From NCBI GenBank assembly GCA_002269645.1, contig NIVC01000087.1, forward strand, positions 558,001-622,000: DNA of 64,000 nt, given 5' to 3'. The notes beneath the pieces were generated by a model that saw nothing but the letters and a program-made list of their open reading frames with translations, did not search any database and had not been told where the DNA came from. Each line of letters opens with the position of its first letter. The first letter of the stretch is position 1. The stretch comes from Macrostomum lignano (taxonomy: Eukaryota). This document shows, piece by piece, positions 1-30,535 of the stretch. Made by a program: the position numbers and the translations under genes.

Positions 1-390
1 CAGTGAAATTTCTGAATGTGAGATTGCGCAAAGCAATGCATGTTTAGTGTCGAATATCTCAGCATCAAAGCTGTCTTTTGCGACGCCTGAGGTGTCATTT
101 TAAAGCTGAGATATGCGTATAGAGTAAATCGAAGCATTTTTAAATCCAGTATCTGCTTTTAGGCTGCTACGATCAAAACAATTTTAGTCAACAGTAAAGC
201 GATTTCTAATCAGAGCTAGTGTTGCTAAGCAATTTTTAAATCAATGTATGTCAGAAGGATTTTTACTTCAGTTAATAAATTAAAGCTTATTCGACGCCCA
301 ACACTTGTGTAAGTATTTGCCAAAAAGATGGTTGAAGCGGGTCAATTTTGTTTGAAGTTACAGACAATCATTTTGAATGTCTGTCTGAAT

Positions 391-762
391 GGGTCTCCCT
401 AAAACACGCCCCGCACCGCCCTGCAGCGCTACACATTAAAACAAATTGGACTATAACTAAAGACACTTCAAAATGCATTTTCTGTTAAGCTTCAAGTTTT
501 TATTAAATTTAGTTTTTTTACTTTGAAATATAAAATTCGGTGAACAATAAGTGATATTAATAATAATATTAATAAAATAATAATATTATAATTTAATAAT
601 GAAAACGAGAATATAAAAAATAATAATATTTAAAAAAATAAATAAAGATATTTATTCCATTACTATTTTAACTTTTCCTTGCAATCAAATACTGCATTGA
701 CAAAAAATGTTATAATGTGTAGCAGTTCGGGGCCCGGTGTGGGGCGTGTTTTAGGGAGCCTT
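391..762. mobile_element. Non-autonomous DNA transposon (MITE), about 372 bp, with terminal inverted repeats and a 9-bp target-site duplication (Mutator/Merlin-like TSD length)
   Basis: TGTCTGAAT occurs at 382-390 and 763-771, exactly flanking the element. Left end GGGTCTCCCTAAAACACGCCCCGCACCG; reverse complement of right end AAGGCTCCCTAAAACACGCCCCACACCG. The inverted similarity continues inward (GCTACACATT). Interior is AT-rich and non-coding. Confidence 0.75.
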
Positions 763-3413
763 TGTCTGAATATCTCTCGTGAAACCCTCACATTGCTCAC
801 AGTTCAGACAACTGGGAATGTATATTTTAATATCTTACATAAGGCTATAGCTATAGGCTATATTGCCTATATGACTTAATAGGATTTAAAGAGTTATTTT
901 GTTTCATATTTTAAGGCAGTGCATAAAAAATAGCTTAAGCATGGTTAAGCCTTTAAAGAAAAATGGTTATAAGACCGCACCTAAACCGCACCTACTTTTT
1001 TAATTTCAGGGTGCGATTTTAAAATTTAGGGTGCATACGCACACTCTGCGCACAAAAAAAAAACCCTGAGCACATGCTTTTGTAGCCCTTTAAAGTTTTG
1101 AAAATTTTTTAAAAAATTCATAGTTATTTAAATATGCTATTATATAAAACTTATTAAATCTAAATACTTTAAAAAATTATAATAATATCATTGATTCACA
1201 AGACAATAACAAAGTTCTAAGAAAATTGAAATTAGATGATAAATTTCAAAACTGGACACTTAAAATGACTTTTGAAAGAAAGTTTTCTAAAATTGAAATT
1301 TACTTGTCAAAATCCAAGTCACACAAGATAGTAATCTGAAACAGTAAAGTAAAGCAGGTTGTTGAATTGCTAATCTAGAAATGCTAGAAAGTAATCCAAA
1401 ACTCAAAAAATAATAAACTGAAGTTATGCCATTTTTATTTATCTTTATAACCTTTACAAACCTATAGATTTTAAACCTGCTAAATTCCAATCCTGGAATT
1501 GTTTTTGCATATATTCTTGAATTCAAAGTCATGTTAAAAGTAAAACAAAAGCTTGTTAACAGCTGGAGATTAGCGTAAATTCGTGTTAAACTAAGATTTA
1601 AAGCTTTTGAACCTTCTCTCTTCTTTTTACTCTTATCTATCTCCTTTTTCTTTTATCCCTCTTTCTTTTCTCTACTTTTTTATAGTCAAAAAGGTGCCAT
1701 AGAGTGCACCAAAACAAATTTTCAGGGAATTTCAAGGTGATCTATTTCATTAAATGAGAAATTATACATTTATAAACTGCAAGTTAGTTTAAATAATAAT
1801 TGTGTGTTTTATAACAATTTTACCAAAAACAATTGTGCATCACATGCACTAGAAATCTTAATCTCTACCATGATTATATGCCAAGTGCAACAGGGATCTT
1901 TTGTGTGCACTGTGATTATTCACCAAGAGCATTGTAGATCCCCTATATACACCTTGATTGTATGCTAAGTGCATCTTAGACCCTTATATATACAAAAATT
2001 TTCCCTGGCAAATGCTACCTTCATGACAATGGTATTCTCCTATCTCTTCTTTACTCTTTTTTCTCTCTTCTCTTTCTTCTTTTCCCTATATTCTCTCTTC
2101 TCTTTTCTTTCCTTTCATATCTTTTTTCTTGTCTTTTTTTTACTTTTTTTCTCTTTATTTTCTGTCTACTCTCGTATACCTCTTGTTTATTATATAATAA
2201 TAAACTGAAAGTGTTAAACCTATATAATAGTGTAGTAAGTTAGGCAGCTAGAATAGTTCCCAAAATTTAACCAAACCTCTAGTAAAGAGTGCTAATAAAG
2301 TTGAAGTTTCCTAAACTTCCTAAACTTAAAGTTTCCTAAACAATATATTGCTATATATACTGCACTACTCCTTATTCTAGGCAACTTGCTACTTTCTAGC
2401 TTGCAACTTTCCAGCTAGCAACATTTGGCTGGCAATTTTTTAGCTGGTAAAGTTTGTGCTTCCAGTAGTCATCAATGAATTTAGCCAATAGACTAGGGGG
2501 GTATAATGGCTATTAATAAATGTGGCTATTAGACCAAGGCTCAGGGGATAGAGTACCAATTAACCTAAAGGATTTGGTGCTAGAGATTGCTTTGAGATTG
2601 AAATCTTGTCAAATCCTTAACTATTTCCAATATTACCAAGGTCCAAATTTGAAAAAAATAATGTTTGAAAACTATTGCATATAGAAAGAAATCATAAATA
2701 TGGCATATTGAAAAAAACAATTTTACATACCATTTCACCCATTATAAGGGTGCCTTATACCCTATGATATGCAAATATTTGTTATTAAGAACATCTTTAA
2801 TCATTGTAGATTAGAGCAAATGGGGATCTATGCAGACTAGTTTAGAATCCTTGTTACTAGAAATCTGAACAAAAATTAGACTATTTTAGCATATAGCAAT
2901 TTTTATGTAACAATTCTATGATTATATTATATATCCTATGTGGATAAATGAATCAATTAGTACTATATGCACTTGAAAAATAACAAATAAAGTACTAGGA
3001 AACCTTCCTAGTACTTTATTTGATTGGAAGTAATATTATTTGTATATTTATTTAGTATATTAGGCTACTTATATTGTAAATCCATAAACTATCTTTAAAA
3101 TTTTCTCAAATAAATTTATAATCAATAATAAAACAAATAATCTAAAAATTTTACATAATGCAATTAGCAAAAATCATTGTATTTGTCAATTGCAAGCTTA
3201 TAAAGTTTTTTCCTTTGATATACATGGCATAAACCTTAGTAAGGCTAAAACTTTTCTAATATAAGCTTAGCATGATCTTTGCTATGGTATATATGAAATT
3301 AAATTTATTTTAATACTGTTTTGTAAGATACTTTAATTAGTTTATTAAGCAGAATTACAAGTGAAATTTAGTAAGTTACTCTGTTATTAATTTCAATAAT
3401 GCAATTATTTTAG

Positions 3414-15739
<12,326 letters not shown>

Positions 15740-16879
15740 TTGACTGGCTGATTGACGTATTGAGACACCAGAGAGTGCATAACTCTGATAGCTTAATTAG
15801 AAGGTCGATAATCGGAAGGTAGCAGCGCTGCATATGCTCAAAAAGTTTGAATTTGCGATGCCTCTCCTCTTCCTTCCTTTCTGTCGTCTCAAACAAACGC
15901 GCTTAGCGATTAAGATTTGTGTTTTCGACATCGACAAAGCTCTCATCTGCTCCGCTGGGTTTTTGCCTCTGTCCGCCTATTCTGTTTAGTCTTCACGCGC
16001 GCAGTCTGGAACCAATATACTTGCGTATAAATATGTCGTCATATATCTTAGCAATTTATTCAATTATTCGAAGCTCCTGTCTCATTGAAATTGCATTGGT
16101 TTACCGCACTCCACATCATTGTATTGATTCTTATAAATAATCTATTGATCATCTTTGCGTAGCGCTACGTTCAGCTCTAGAATTAGTTTATTTCGTAGAT
16201 AGCTACACTTACTGCAGTTTTTATTGTTTAAATCGCTTTGGATAGCACATGTTATTCATGACTTAGTTGTATTAGTAATTTATTATATGCCAGAACAGAT
16301 GCCCGCTTAAAAATTTTAACTGTTGCGTGTGTGCTCACCGCAATCTGCAATTTTTCTAGTCACTACAATGAACTCTGACTGATATCATAGTCCTTATATT
16401 TTCTTTTTATTGTTTTTATATGCTTTTGACTGCTCGCAAAATATGTGGCGAGTTTTTTTGATAGTTGTTTTTTTTTACCTTTCACTTGCCTAGCGTAACC
16501 ATCGGCTTAACTATGTTGGAAAATTAGTGAGCTTTTTATTATAAATCTATTTTAGATTTTACATTGCAATGTGCAATATATTTTTCGGGTGTATGAGAGT
16601 ATTGTATAGTTTTTGTTATATAGTTTTTTGTGTTTTAAATATGTTAGCAGGTATGTCCGATGAGTATTAAAAGCTAAAAAATAAGGCTAGACTTGTCAGT
16701 TGAATAAAAAATCAATAAGCTAAGACTTATAAGTCGATAAAAAGCCAATAACGAGTCACGACAAGGGGTTACAAGGAGATGATAGTTGGAAGTCGATTTT
16801 AAATTCATTCCGACAATCCACACGCACAAGCGTCGATGAAACAGGCCACTAGAGTGGCGAGGCGATAAGGTGGGCTTGG

Positions 16880-17460
16880 CTGGTATAAAAGTAAAGGTTT
16901 GGCGGGGCTTGAATAGTCGTTCATAAAATCGATAATAAAACATCCCCAACCCCTCTCTAGACGCACAGGCTCTAATGCACACAAGCCTCTATAGAGAGCG
17001 GTAATAAGGTAGGGTTGGCTGGTAGGGAATAGAAAAGTAAAGGGTTTAGCGGGGTCGTTCATAAAATCGATAATAAAACATCCCCTACCCCTCTAGACGT
17101 ACAGGCTTTAATGCACACAAGCCACTATAGAGGTCATAAGGTGGGGTTGTCTGGTAGGGGATAGAAAAGTAAAGGGTTTGGCGGGGTTGTCGTTCTAAAA
17201 AATCGATAATATAACACATTCAACCCCTCTAGGCGCATAGGCCTAGATAAAACAAGCCGGGGATAGGGTAAGGAAGTGATGGTGTAGAGTGTAGACTTCA
17301 GCCACCCCCTATACGCACAGGCATTGGTGAAAGAGACAATTAGAACGAAAATAAGTGAGGTGGGCTGGTAGGGGGTAAGGAATCGAGGGGTTTCGTGGGC
17401 TTAAATTAAAGGCTCATCCAAGAATCGATAATTAAGCTTTGCTTACCCCTTTACGCATAC
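16880..17460. repeat. Degenerate ~136-bp tandem repeat region
   Basis: AAAATCGATAATAAAACATCCC...CCCTCT..AGACG.ACAGGC recurs at about 16925, 17062 and 17198, and partially at about 17422. Confidence 0.55.
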
Positions 17461-18651
17461 AGGCATTGATATAAGCATTCGAGTAAGAGGGTAGCAAAGT
17501 CAGTCTTAGTTTGGCCTTTGGGTTATTAAGACAATAACTGACGTCACCACTATATGCGATTGAATAGCAGATACAAATGGCAAACACACGCTAGTCACAT
17601 AAAAACAATTTATTTATGGGAGATCTTTGTTTTATCAACCATGACTAATAACTATCCATCGCAATTCGCAACACAGCTGATTTTTATATTCTATGCATAA
17701 TTCTAATAGGCAAATTTTTTAGTTACCGTTTTTGTGGTTTCTTCTGTCTATATTTTGACGTGCTTTTTGCGCGCCGCTTTAAGTTTTCTCAAAAATATCT
17801 TTACTATTATTAGGTATATAATTGTGTGCGCGCTTGCGCCACCAGTCATCTCCCTGTAGTAGGCGCGCTTGCTGCATTCAATTCAAGGAGTCACCGTATA
17901 TTGGAGCGTCTAAATAGCAGAAGATAAATTGCTTTATATGCTTTGGTATATATTGTATGCATTACTAATTATTTGGCTGTCTTTTGACAAAGCTTTTTTG
18001 TCAATTTTTGACTTGAGGCTCTGCTCCTGTCTGTATCGTTTGCTTTTATATACCGTTATATTCTTATTATATAGTCATTTAATTTGCTTTTTTTGTTAAG
18101 TCCAAAAAACCATGGTATGGTATGGTCATACTCATACAGTCCTTGCACTACCTAAGCACCTTCTTTATTCAAGCAGTCTAAATAGCTAAATTAATTAATG
18201 GCATTCGAGTTCGTCGCATTATTCAATTTAATAACCCCATTGCACTTATACTACTTATTCAGTAGTAGCGTATAGGCGCTTTCCCGATTCTTCTAAATTA
18301 AATATTTCATACTGTTTTTTTCGATTTAATTTCTAGAAATTTAGTCAAATATTTTAGTATATTGTCAAATATCTTATATAAGATATGACAGGACAAACGA
18401 AAAGCCAATTCAATTTTATAGGTTTTTGCCTATCTAATATTATCCTCTCTAAATGCTTTTCTCGGTTCGCGATATTGAAATGACTATTGATAGATGCGAT
18501 ATTATAATTTAACACAACAAATATATAATGTGAAAATGACATCAGCGTCCAGTTCGCACCGCTCCATATCACATACTGCCTGTTGAAATTCATTTGACGC
18601 TTTTTGATGCCCTGTCTTTTAAAACGAATTTCATTTCAGTCAGGAATGTTT

Positions 18652-18970
18652 CCCCAATCCCCAGTGTGCATAGCAACTGTCTTCAGCAGGGATATTTCCC
18701 CAATCCCCAGTGTGCATAGCAACTGTCTTCAGCGGGGATATTGCCCCAATCCCCAGTGTGCATAGCAACTGTCTTCAGCAGGGATATTTCCCCAATCCCC
18801 AGTGTGCATAGCAACTGTCTTCAGCAGGGATATTTCCCCAATCCCCAGTGTGCATAGCAACTGTCTTCAGCGGGGATATTTCCCCAATCCCCAGTGTGCA
18901 TAGCAACTGTCTTCAGCAGGGATATTGCCCCAATCCCCAGTGTGCAAAGCAACTGTCTTCAGCAGGGATG
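18652..18970. repeat. 46-bp minisatellite (about 7 copies) just upstream of the GH65-like gene
   Basis: Unit CCCCAATCCCCAGTGTGCATAGCAACTGTCTTCAGCAGGGATATTT. Confidence 0.92.
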
Positions 18971-19105
18971 TTTCCTCTAGCTAACGCAGATCCCAATCGC
19001 TAACACCTTCACTTTCATGATCATTTACTGTCGCAACAACCCGCAGGCGTACTTGCCTGAGAGTAGATTAGCTAGAGAGAAGCCCCTGCTCTTCGCGGCC
19101 CCCCA

Positions 19106-22407
<3,302 letters not shown>

Positions 22408-22552
22408 AAGAGAGAAGGTTTAGGGATCCAAATCCCCCGTAGAGTTGTTGCCGAGCTGCTTCCGTGACCGCGAACGTTACCGTGACCAGAATCGCTAAAG
22501 AGTCATTGCTAACGACTCACTAGTGACTCTAGCGACTCTTGTGACTTTTTAA

Positions 22553-22790
22553 CGGCTCAATGTCGTTAATGCTTGTCGTTTTGGGTTGTAGCCTAGTTGA
22601 AGGTCGGGGGTTCGATTCCCAATCCCAATTGGAACAATTTGAGTCCTTGAGCAAGACACTTAACCCTGCATTGCTTCAGTTCACCCAGCTGTAAAATGGG
22701 TGCCAGCATTAGCTGGGGTAATTGAGGGTGTGTGTGGCGACCCCCCAGTGCTTGGACTGAACAGCCGTACGCAGACTTCAGATGCGCCGC
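22553..22790 (+). mobile_element. tRNA-derived SINE with a CORE/MIR-like central domain
   Basis: Pol III B-box GGTTCGATTCC at 22609-22619 and an A-box-like CGGCTCAATG about 55 nt upstream. 22640-22701 TGAGTCCTTGAGCAAGACACTTAACCCTGCATTGCTTCAGTTCACCCAGCTGTAAAATGGG resembles the MIR CORE consensus (GTGACCTTGGGCAAGTTACTTAACCTC...CATCTGTAAAATGGG). The 3' boundary is uncertain. Confidence 0.7.
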
Positions 22791-23859
22791 GCAATAGCTG
22801 CAGCTGAGCTGTCGGTTGCACATCTGCCCATTATTATCGACCTAAACGACTGAAATGCGACGTAGAGGCGACTGTTGAGTCGCGAGCGCATCACGTGAGT
22901 TGCGGAATCGTAAAAGAGTCGCAAAAAAGTCTGTTTTCAAAAAACACGCGCATTACAATAATGATAAAAATTTCGGGGAGACTTTGCAAGCTTTTACTGT
23001 CAATATATGAACTTGTATTATATTTTCTCTTTGTGATTGAGCCATGTGCGTGAGTTGTGTTTGTCAGGCTTCCTAATGATTAAATGACACTGGTATAGGC
23101 TAAGCGCATTTAAAATCATGCTAATAATTAGTGTTTATTCTCCGCTCTTATCGAAGGTTTGTGAGCTGCGAAACGCGGTGCTTTAAATACATTCCTAATT
23201 GATTGCTTTTTATTCAATAATTTTACTTATATTTATTGTTAAAATCACGTTATTTCTACTGTTAGTAGCCAATTCGCAAAATTGAAATATACGATGTAAT
23301 TAATTTTGGTTTTTTGGCAGCTTGTAGATGGTCAGTTTCCAAGCAGCAATAACAATGCAATTAACAAATTTGAACAGCAATACAAGTTTTGCTTTGCTTT
23401 GGGTCACTAGGCTACACACGTGATCGGTAAGTGAGTTTGTTCTGTCAACACCGGAGAGGCATACGATATCAAATTTTAATAGAACTTGGCGCGTTGACTT
23501 TTGCAAACTTCTAACTGCTGCTGTGGGAATTCGGCTTTGCTAAATTTGTCTGTTTATTTAAGCAGATTTTAACCCGAGTGTTCGAGGCGGAGAAATCTGC
23601 AGCTTTTTCGCGTTTGTTGGCTTCTCGAATTAATATTGGGATGGCCGCTGAGCAAACCTGACTACGAGTAGCTGTAGGTAGTCAAGAGGTGCCAAACATT
23701 TCGACTTGTAGGACAGCTGGGAGTTAATTTGTCAGCAGAGCATTACTATCGCTGATTAATTTATTATATAATCATTTAGTAACTACATGTAGGTATTTTA
23801 ATTGAGGATCATTTTTATTATGTTTAATTTATTAGATAGATGGCTACATTGTATAGATT

Positions 23860-23881
23860 AATAGATAGATGGATAGATAGG

Positions 23882-23919
<38 letters not shown>

Positions 23920-23975
23920 CATAGATAGATAGAAACATAGATAGAAAGATAGATAGATAGATAGATAGACAGATC

Positions 23976-24013
<38 letters not shown>

Positions 24014-24019
24014 CAGATC

Positions 24020-24096
<77 letters not shown>

Positions 24097-24140
24097 ATAG
24101 ACAGATCGATAGATAGCTGGATAGATTGATTGATAGATAG
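23860..24140. repeat. (GATA)n microsatellite
   Basis: Direct reading. Confidence 0.95.
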
Positions 24141-24953
24141 GTACGATGAATCATTAGAACCTCTACGACGGCTCCTTCATGTACATGTATATTTAGTGCA
24201 AATTTTCGTTTTAAAGACAATATAGACAAAATTTTGCATTGGTGCTACTCATTTGCGAGCACTCGGTAAAAGTAGTATACAGCTGCACTGCTATCGGACA
24301 CATATCGCATAGTTTGAGCTGACTGCCGATCGCAGCTCCCCCCCCCCGAGTAACTCATTAGCTGATATAATTGCCTTAAAAGCTCCCGCAGTGCGTTTGT
24401 TTAATCAAATGCAAGCAATTTTATTGCTTTAATCGCTTGCCTGACATCAAAGAGTCGAACGGAGTCGCTGGTTTTGTCAGAAAAAATTTTCCCTGGATCT
24501 TGGCCTTCAGTTTGTTCAGCATTCTCCAACCAATCGATTTTCAACTTCAAATCCCAATTTATATGGTTTAGCATATTTAAGTAAATGAGATTTAGTCAAC
24601 TGGTTGTTGGGTAAACATTTCAATTGTGGCAGAACAGAAGTTGCCTTCGTTTTTCCGTAGGTGCCCTCTCATGTTATCAGAGGGAGACAATTTCCAAAAA
24701 TTAATGTCCCGGTCGTTATAGTTCTAACTGGGACAAAGTCCGGGTATTATTGGCTGAGCTGAGCAAACAGTATTGAATAAATTAGGACTTGGAGTTTTTG
24801 ATTATTAGAGATTAAAAACAGCTTAATGAATAAGTCCCCTAAGTGGCTGTGCTATTGTGTATATTAATGACAAATGTTTTTTTTCGAATCAGGCACAATT
24901 TTAAATGAATTAGTAATTCCCTCAGCCTCCCAGTTTGGGATTTTGGTGCTGCA

Positions 24954-25170
24954 GCTACTCTTCCAGCTTCCCAGATTGAATATCCTGCAGATGAAGCTAC
25001 TCTTCCAGCTTCCCATATTGAATATCCTGCAGATGAAGCTACTCTTCCAGCTTCCCATATTGAATATCCTGCAGATGAAGCTACTCTTGCAGCTTCCCAG
25101 ATTGAATATCCTGCAGATGAAGCTACTCTTCCAGCTTCCCAGATTTATCATTCTGCAGATGAAGCTTCCA
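24954..25170. repeat. 42-bp minisatellite (about 5 copies)
   Basis: Unit CTACTCTTCCAGCTTCCCA(G/T)ATTGAATATCCTGCAGATGAAG; explains ORFs 24864..25233. Confidence 0.9.
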
Positions 25171-25914
25171 GCTTCCCGCCTTACAGTAATCTATGCAAAA
25201 ATGACATCAGTTGATCCGAGAAGTTTCAATTGAGATGCATTGGCGCGCATGTCACTTTAATCCGGTAGTGACTCCCTGTGTGTCCTGCACTTGGAGGCGC
25301 GGTGCCCCCCCCCCGCTTACACATGTGCAACTTGTACCAGCGCCCCGGCAGCACCGTGTGTGTTCCACATGAAAGTCGGTGTTTGCCTACTCGAAAAAAT
25401 ATCCAAATAATACATATAGATATGTTTTTCAAGTCCTTTAAAGAAAAACATTTTACACTGTCTGGTGCGGCCGCGGGTGTCGGACGGCCAGACTCCTTGG
25501 CGCCGATTGTCAAACTGGCGCGGGTTTAAGCCTTTTCTCTGCCACCCACCTATCCATCCACCCACATGTGGGCCAGTTAGAGAGACGAGTGTAAAGATTA
25601 TTGAAGTAACGCCAGCATGTCAGTTCAATTGTTAAATATGTATATAGAGAGATGGTGAGGCAACAAGATGACACACATGCGGGGGCTGCTGGCCAATATT
25701 GAGCAGCTGTGTATGTATACATGTTTGCAGTATTTGAGGCCGAAGGAGCCGTCTGTAGGTCCTGTTGGCAAGCAAGAAGCTAAATTAGGGGATGCTGCAA
25801 GATGAGCATGCAAAAGATGACCGTGTGTGAATATCCTGTTTTGTCGCCGCTGAGTCGTGGAAGCCCAACACGACCCCTGGTTCGATTCCGTGTGCAGCCG
25901 CATTCATTTGGGTG

Positions 25915-27948
<2,034 letters not shown>

Positions 27949-28725
27949 ATAGATTCAAATAAACTAAGCGTCGAATAAGTTTCCCCTTACAGTCCCGACA
28001 CACTCGAGGAGCCATAGTGCTCCATGGCTGGGCCAAGGGCCAATTGAGCAACTGCATTTGCCTAGTTTCCAATGCTCTGGCCTACGTACGAGAAAACATG
28101 CTAGCAGAGCTGCCACACAGCTAACTGGACTCTTTAACTTATAAAGCAGTTAGCATTCTGACCTTGTTGCCAGCGCCGCTCTCTCACAACAAACAGACTG
28201 TGCGGTAGGCTTACTCGCTGCCTTGGTCTCTGACTCTGCTTTCACCCTCCCCGCATCCATGCAGAGCTTTTGACTGACAACGGGGAGCAGCCAGAGCCCA
28301 GACAACTGATGGATGAGTTGGGCGGGTGACCCCCCTAGCGGCCCGCGGTATCGCTTGCACAAAACTACAAAGTTGCAGAACAATTGCCAATTCAATCTGG
28401 GCCAGGCCAATTATTCTTATTTTAGAAATTTTCTAAAAGAGTCTTTGTTCAGCAACAGAGACTTCACATCCGAGTAACAAAGTTTATATTCAGCAGGTTG
28501 CTGTCAGTCACGAGTCTCAGTTTTGAATGCTTCCGATGTTTGGCTGTTCTGTTCCACAGGCCGAGGCAGGCTTGAATTTAGAAGCACAAAAAACTGTATC
28601 AGTTTCTTGCCACCTTTTTGCCAGAATATTGTATGCTTTTGTATTGTTCAAGAGCAGAAACTGTGCAGAATAAATTGTGCTTTTCGGTTGGAGAGAGCTC
28701 GGTTACAGTCGCGGCTTCAGCCTAT

Positions 28726-29590
28726 AGATAATATCCCCAATCAAGACCTAACTCCATAGATAATACCCCCAATCAAGACCTAACTCCATAGATAATACCC
28801 CCAATCAAGACCTAACTCCATAGATAATACCGCCAATCAAGACCTAACTCCACGTCCATAGATAATACCCCCAATCAAGATATAACTCCATAGATAATAC
28901 CCCCAATCAATACCTAACTCCATAGATAATACCCCCAATCAATACCTAACTCCATAGATAATACCCCCAATCAAGACCTAACTCCATAGATAATACCGCC
29001 AATCAAGACCTAACTCCACGTCCATAGATAATACCCCCAATCAAGATATAACTCCATAGATAATACCCCCAATCAATACCTAACTCCATAGATAATACCC
29101 CCAATCAATACCTAACTCCATAGATAATACCCCCAATCAAGACCTAACTCCATAGATAATACCCCCAATCAAGACCCAAATCGATAGATAATACCCCCAA
29201 TCAAGACCTAACTCCATAGATAATACCCCAATCAAGACCCAAATCCATAGATAATACCCCTAATCAAGACCCCAAATCCATAGATAATACCCTTAATCAA
29301 GTCCTAACTCCATATATAACACCCTTAATCAAGACATATCTCCATATACAATACCCTTAATCAAGAACTAACTCCATAGATAATACCCTTAATCAAGAAC
29401 TATCTCTATAGATAATACCCTTAATCGAGAACTAACTCGATAGAATTTACCCCTAATCAAAACATAACTCTATAGATAATATCCCTAATCGGGACTTAAC
29501 TCCATAGATAATGCCCCTAACCGAGAACTAATTTTATAGATAATACCCCTAATCGAGAACTAACTCCATAGATAATTCCCCTAATCGAGA
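28726..29590. repeat. 32-bp minisatellite, diverging toward the right end
   Basis: Unit CCATAGATAATACCCCCAATCAAGACCTAACT. Confidence 0.92.
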
Positions 29591-30535
29591 CCTCACACCA
29601 TCGAGGCCTGCACCTCAACAGAAAATCCCTTCGGTTTGTTGAGTAACCAGTTCTCTCCGCAGCAATTGTAGAGCAAAAATGCAATTAAAAAGCGCCGCTT
29701 GAGTAGCCGATGGATCGACCGTCGAGCCAGCAGTCTGCGAGAAATAATTTTGCGCCTTTCTGACAGGTTGATTGGAAATCCTCTCTGGCGCCAAGCAAGA
29801 CTCATAAAAGTCGAATCGAGTATACGGGAAAGCAGCCAGGCTTGCAGTGAATACAGAATTGCAATGTGGGCAAGCTCATAAATCAATCATTGGACTGTAA
29901 TAATTGCTGGCTCGGTCCAATATCTCAAAATTCAAGTGCAGTTGAGCATCGGACCCACGCATCTTTGGTTTTTATTTGAGGTCGCAGATTCGTTCGCCAG
30001 TTTTAATTGCTCAGCAACTGCGAATGACCTGTTTGCCACACCTGATTGATTCGTTTTCGGTTGAAAAAAATACCCACGCAATAAGTACTTTTGTTTAGGT
30101 TTCCGTAAAGCTTACACATTAAATAAATATATTCAATAGTTATACATCGTTTAATATTTGTAGATAAACAGATAGACTAATTTACATTCACGCAAGTATA
30201 AGCTATAGTTATAAATATTTAGCCAGATTAGGTTAACAAGAACAGCGAATTGATTTTGACTAACTAAAAAACTACACATTGAATATCAGTGCGCACTGTT
30301 CTATGCACGGTCGCTGACGGACCAACAGACAGGCTGACAGACGCTTAGAGAATAATTGAAGTCAAACAAAGAGTGCGAAGCATGCGACAACGGTTAATCG
30401 ATGACTGCATCATGTTATAGGACAAATAAGATTGCGTAGTTTGGGAAGTTGGGTCAAATCACTGTGTTTGAAAACTTTGTTCCTTCTGATTCACGAGACG
30501 CAACTCGTTCGGGGCCTGGGAATCATCTCTGCTGT

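Noticed and set aside
1008-1068. Possible hAT-like right terminus (…AAAACCCTG)
   Set aside because: No matching left terminus or TSD could be found in the window.
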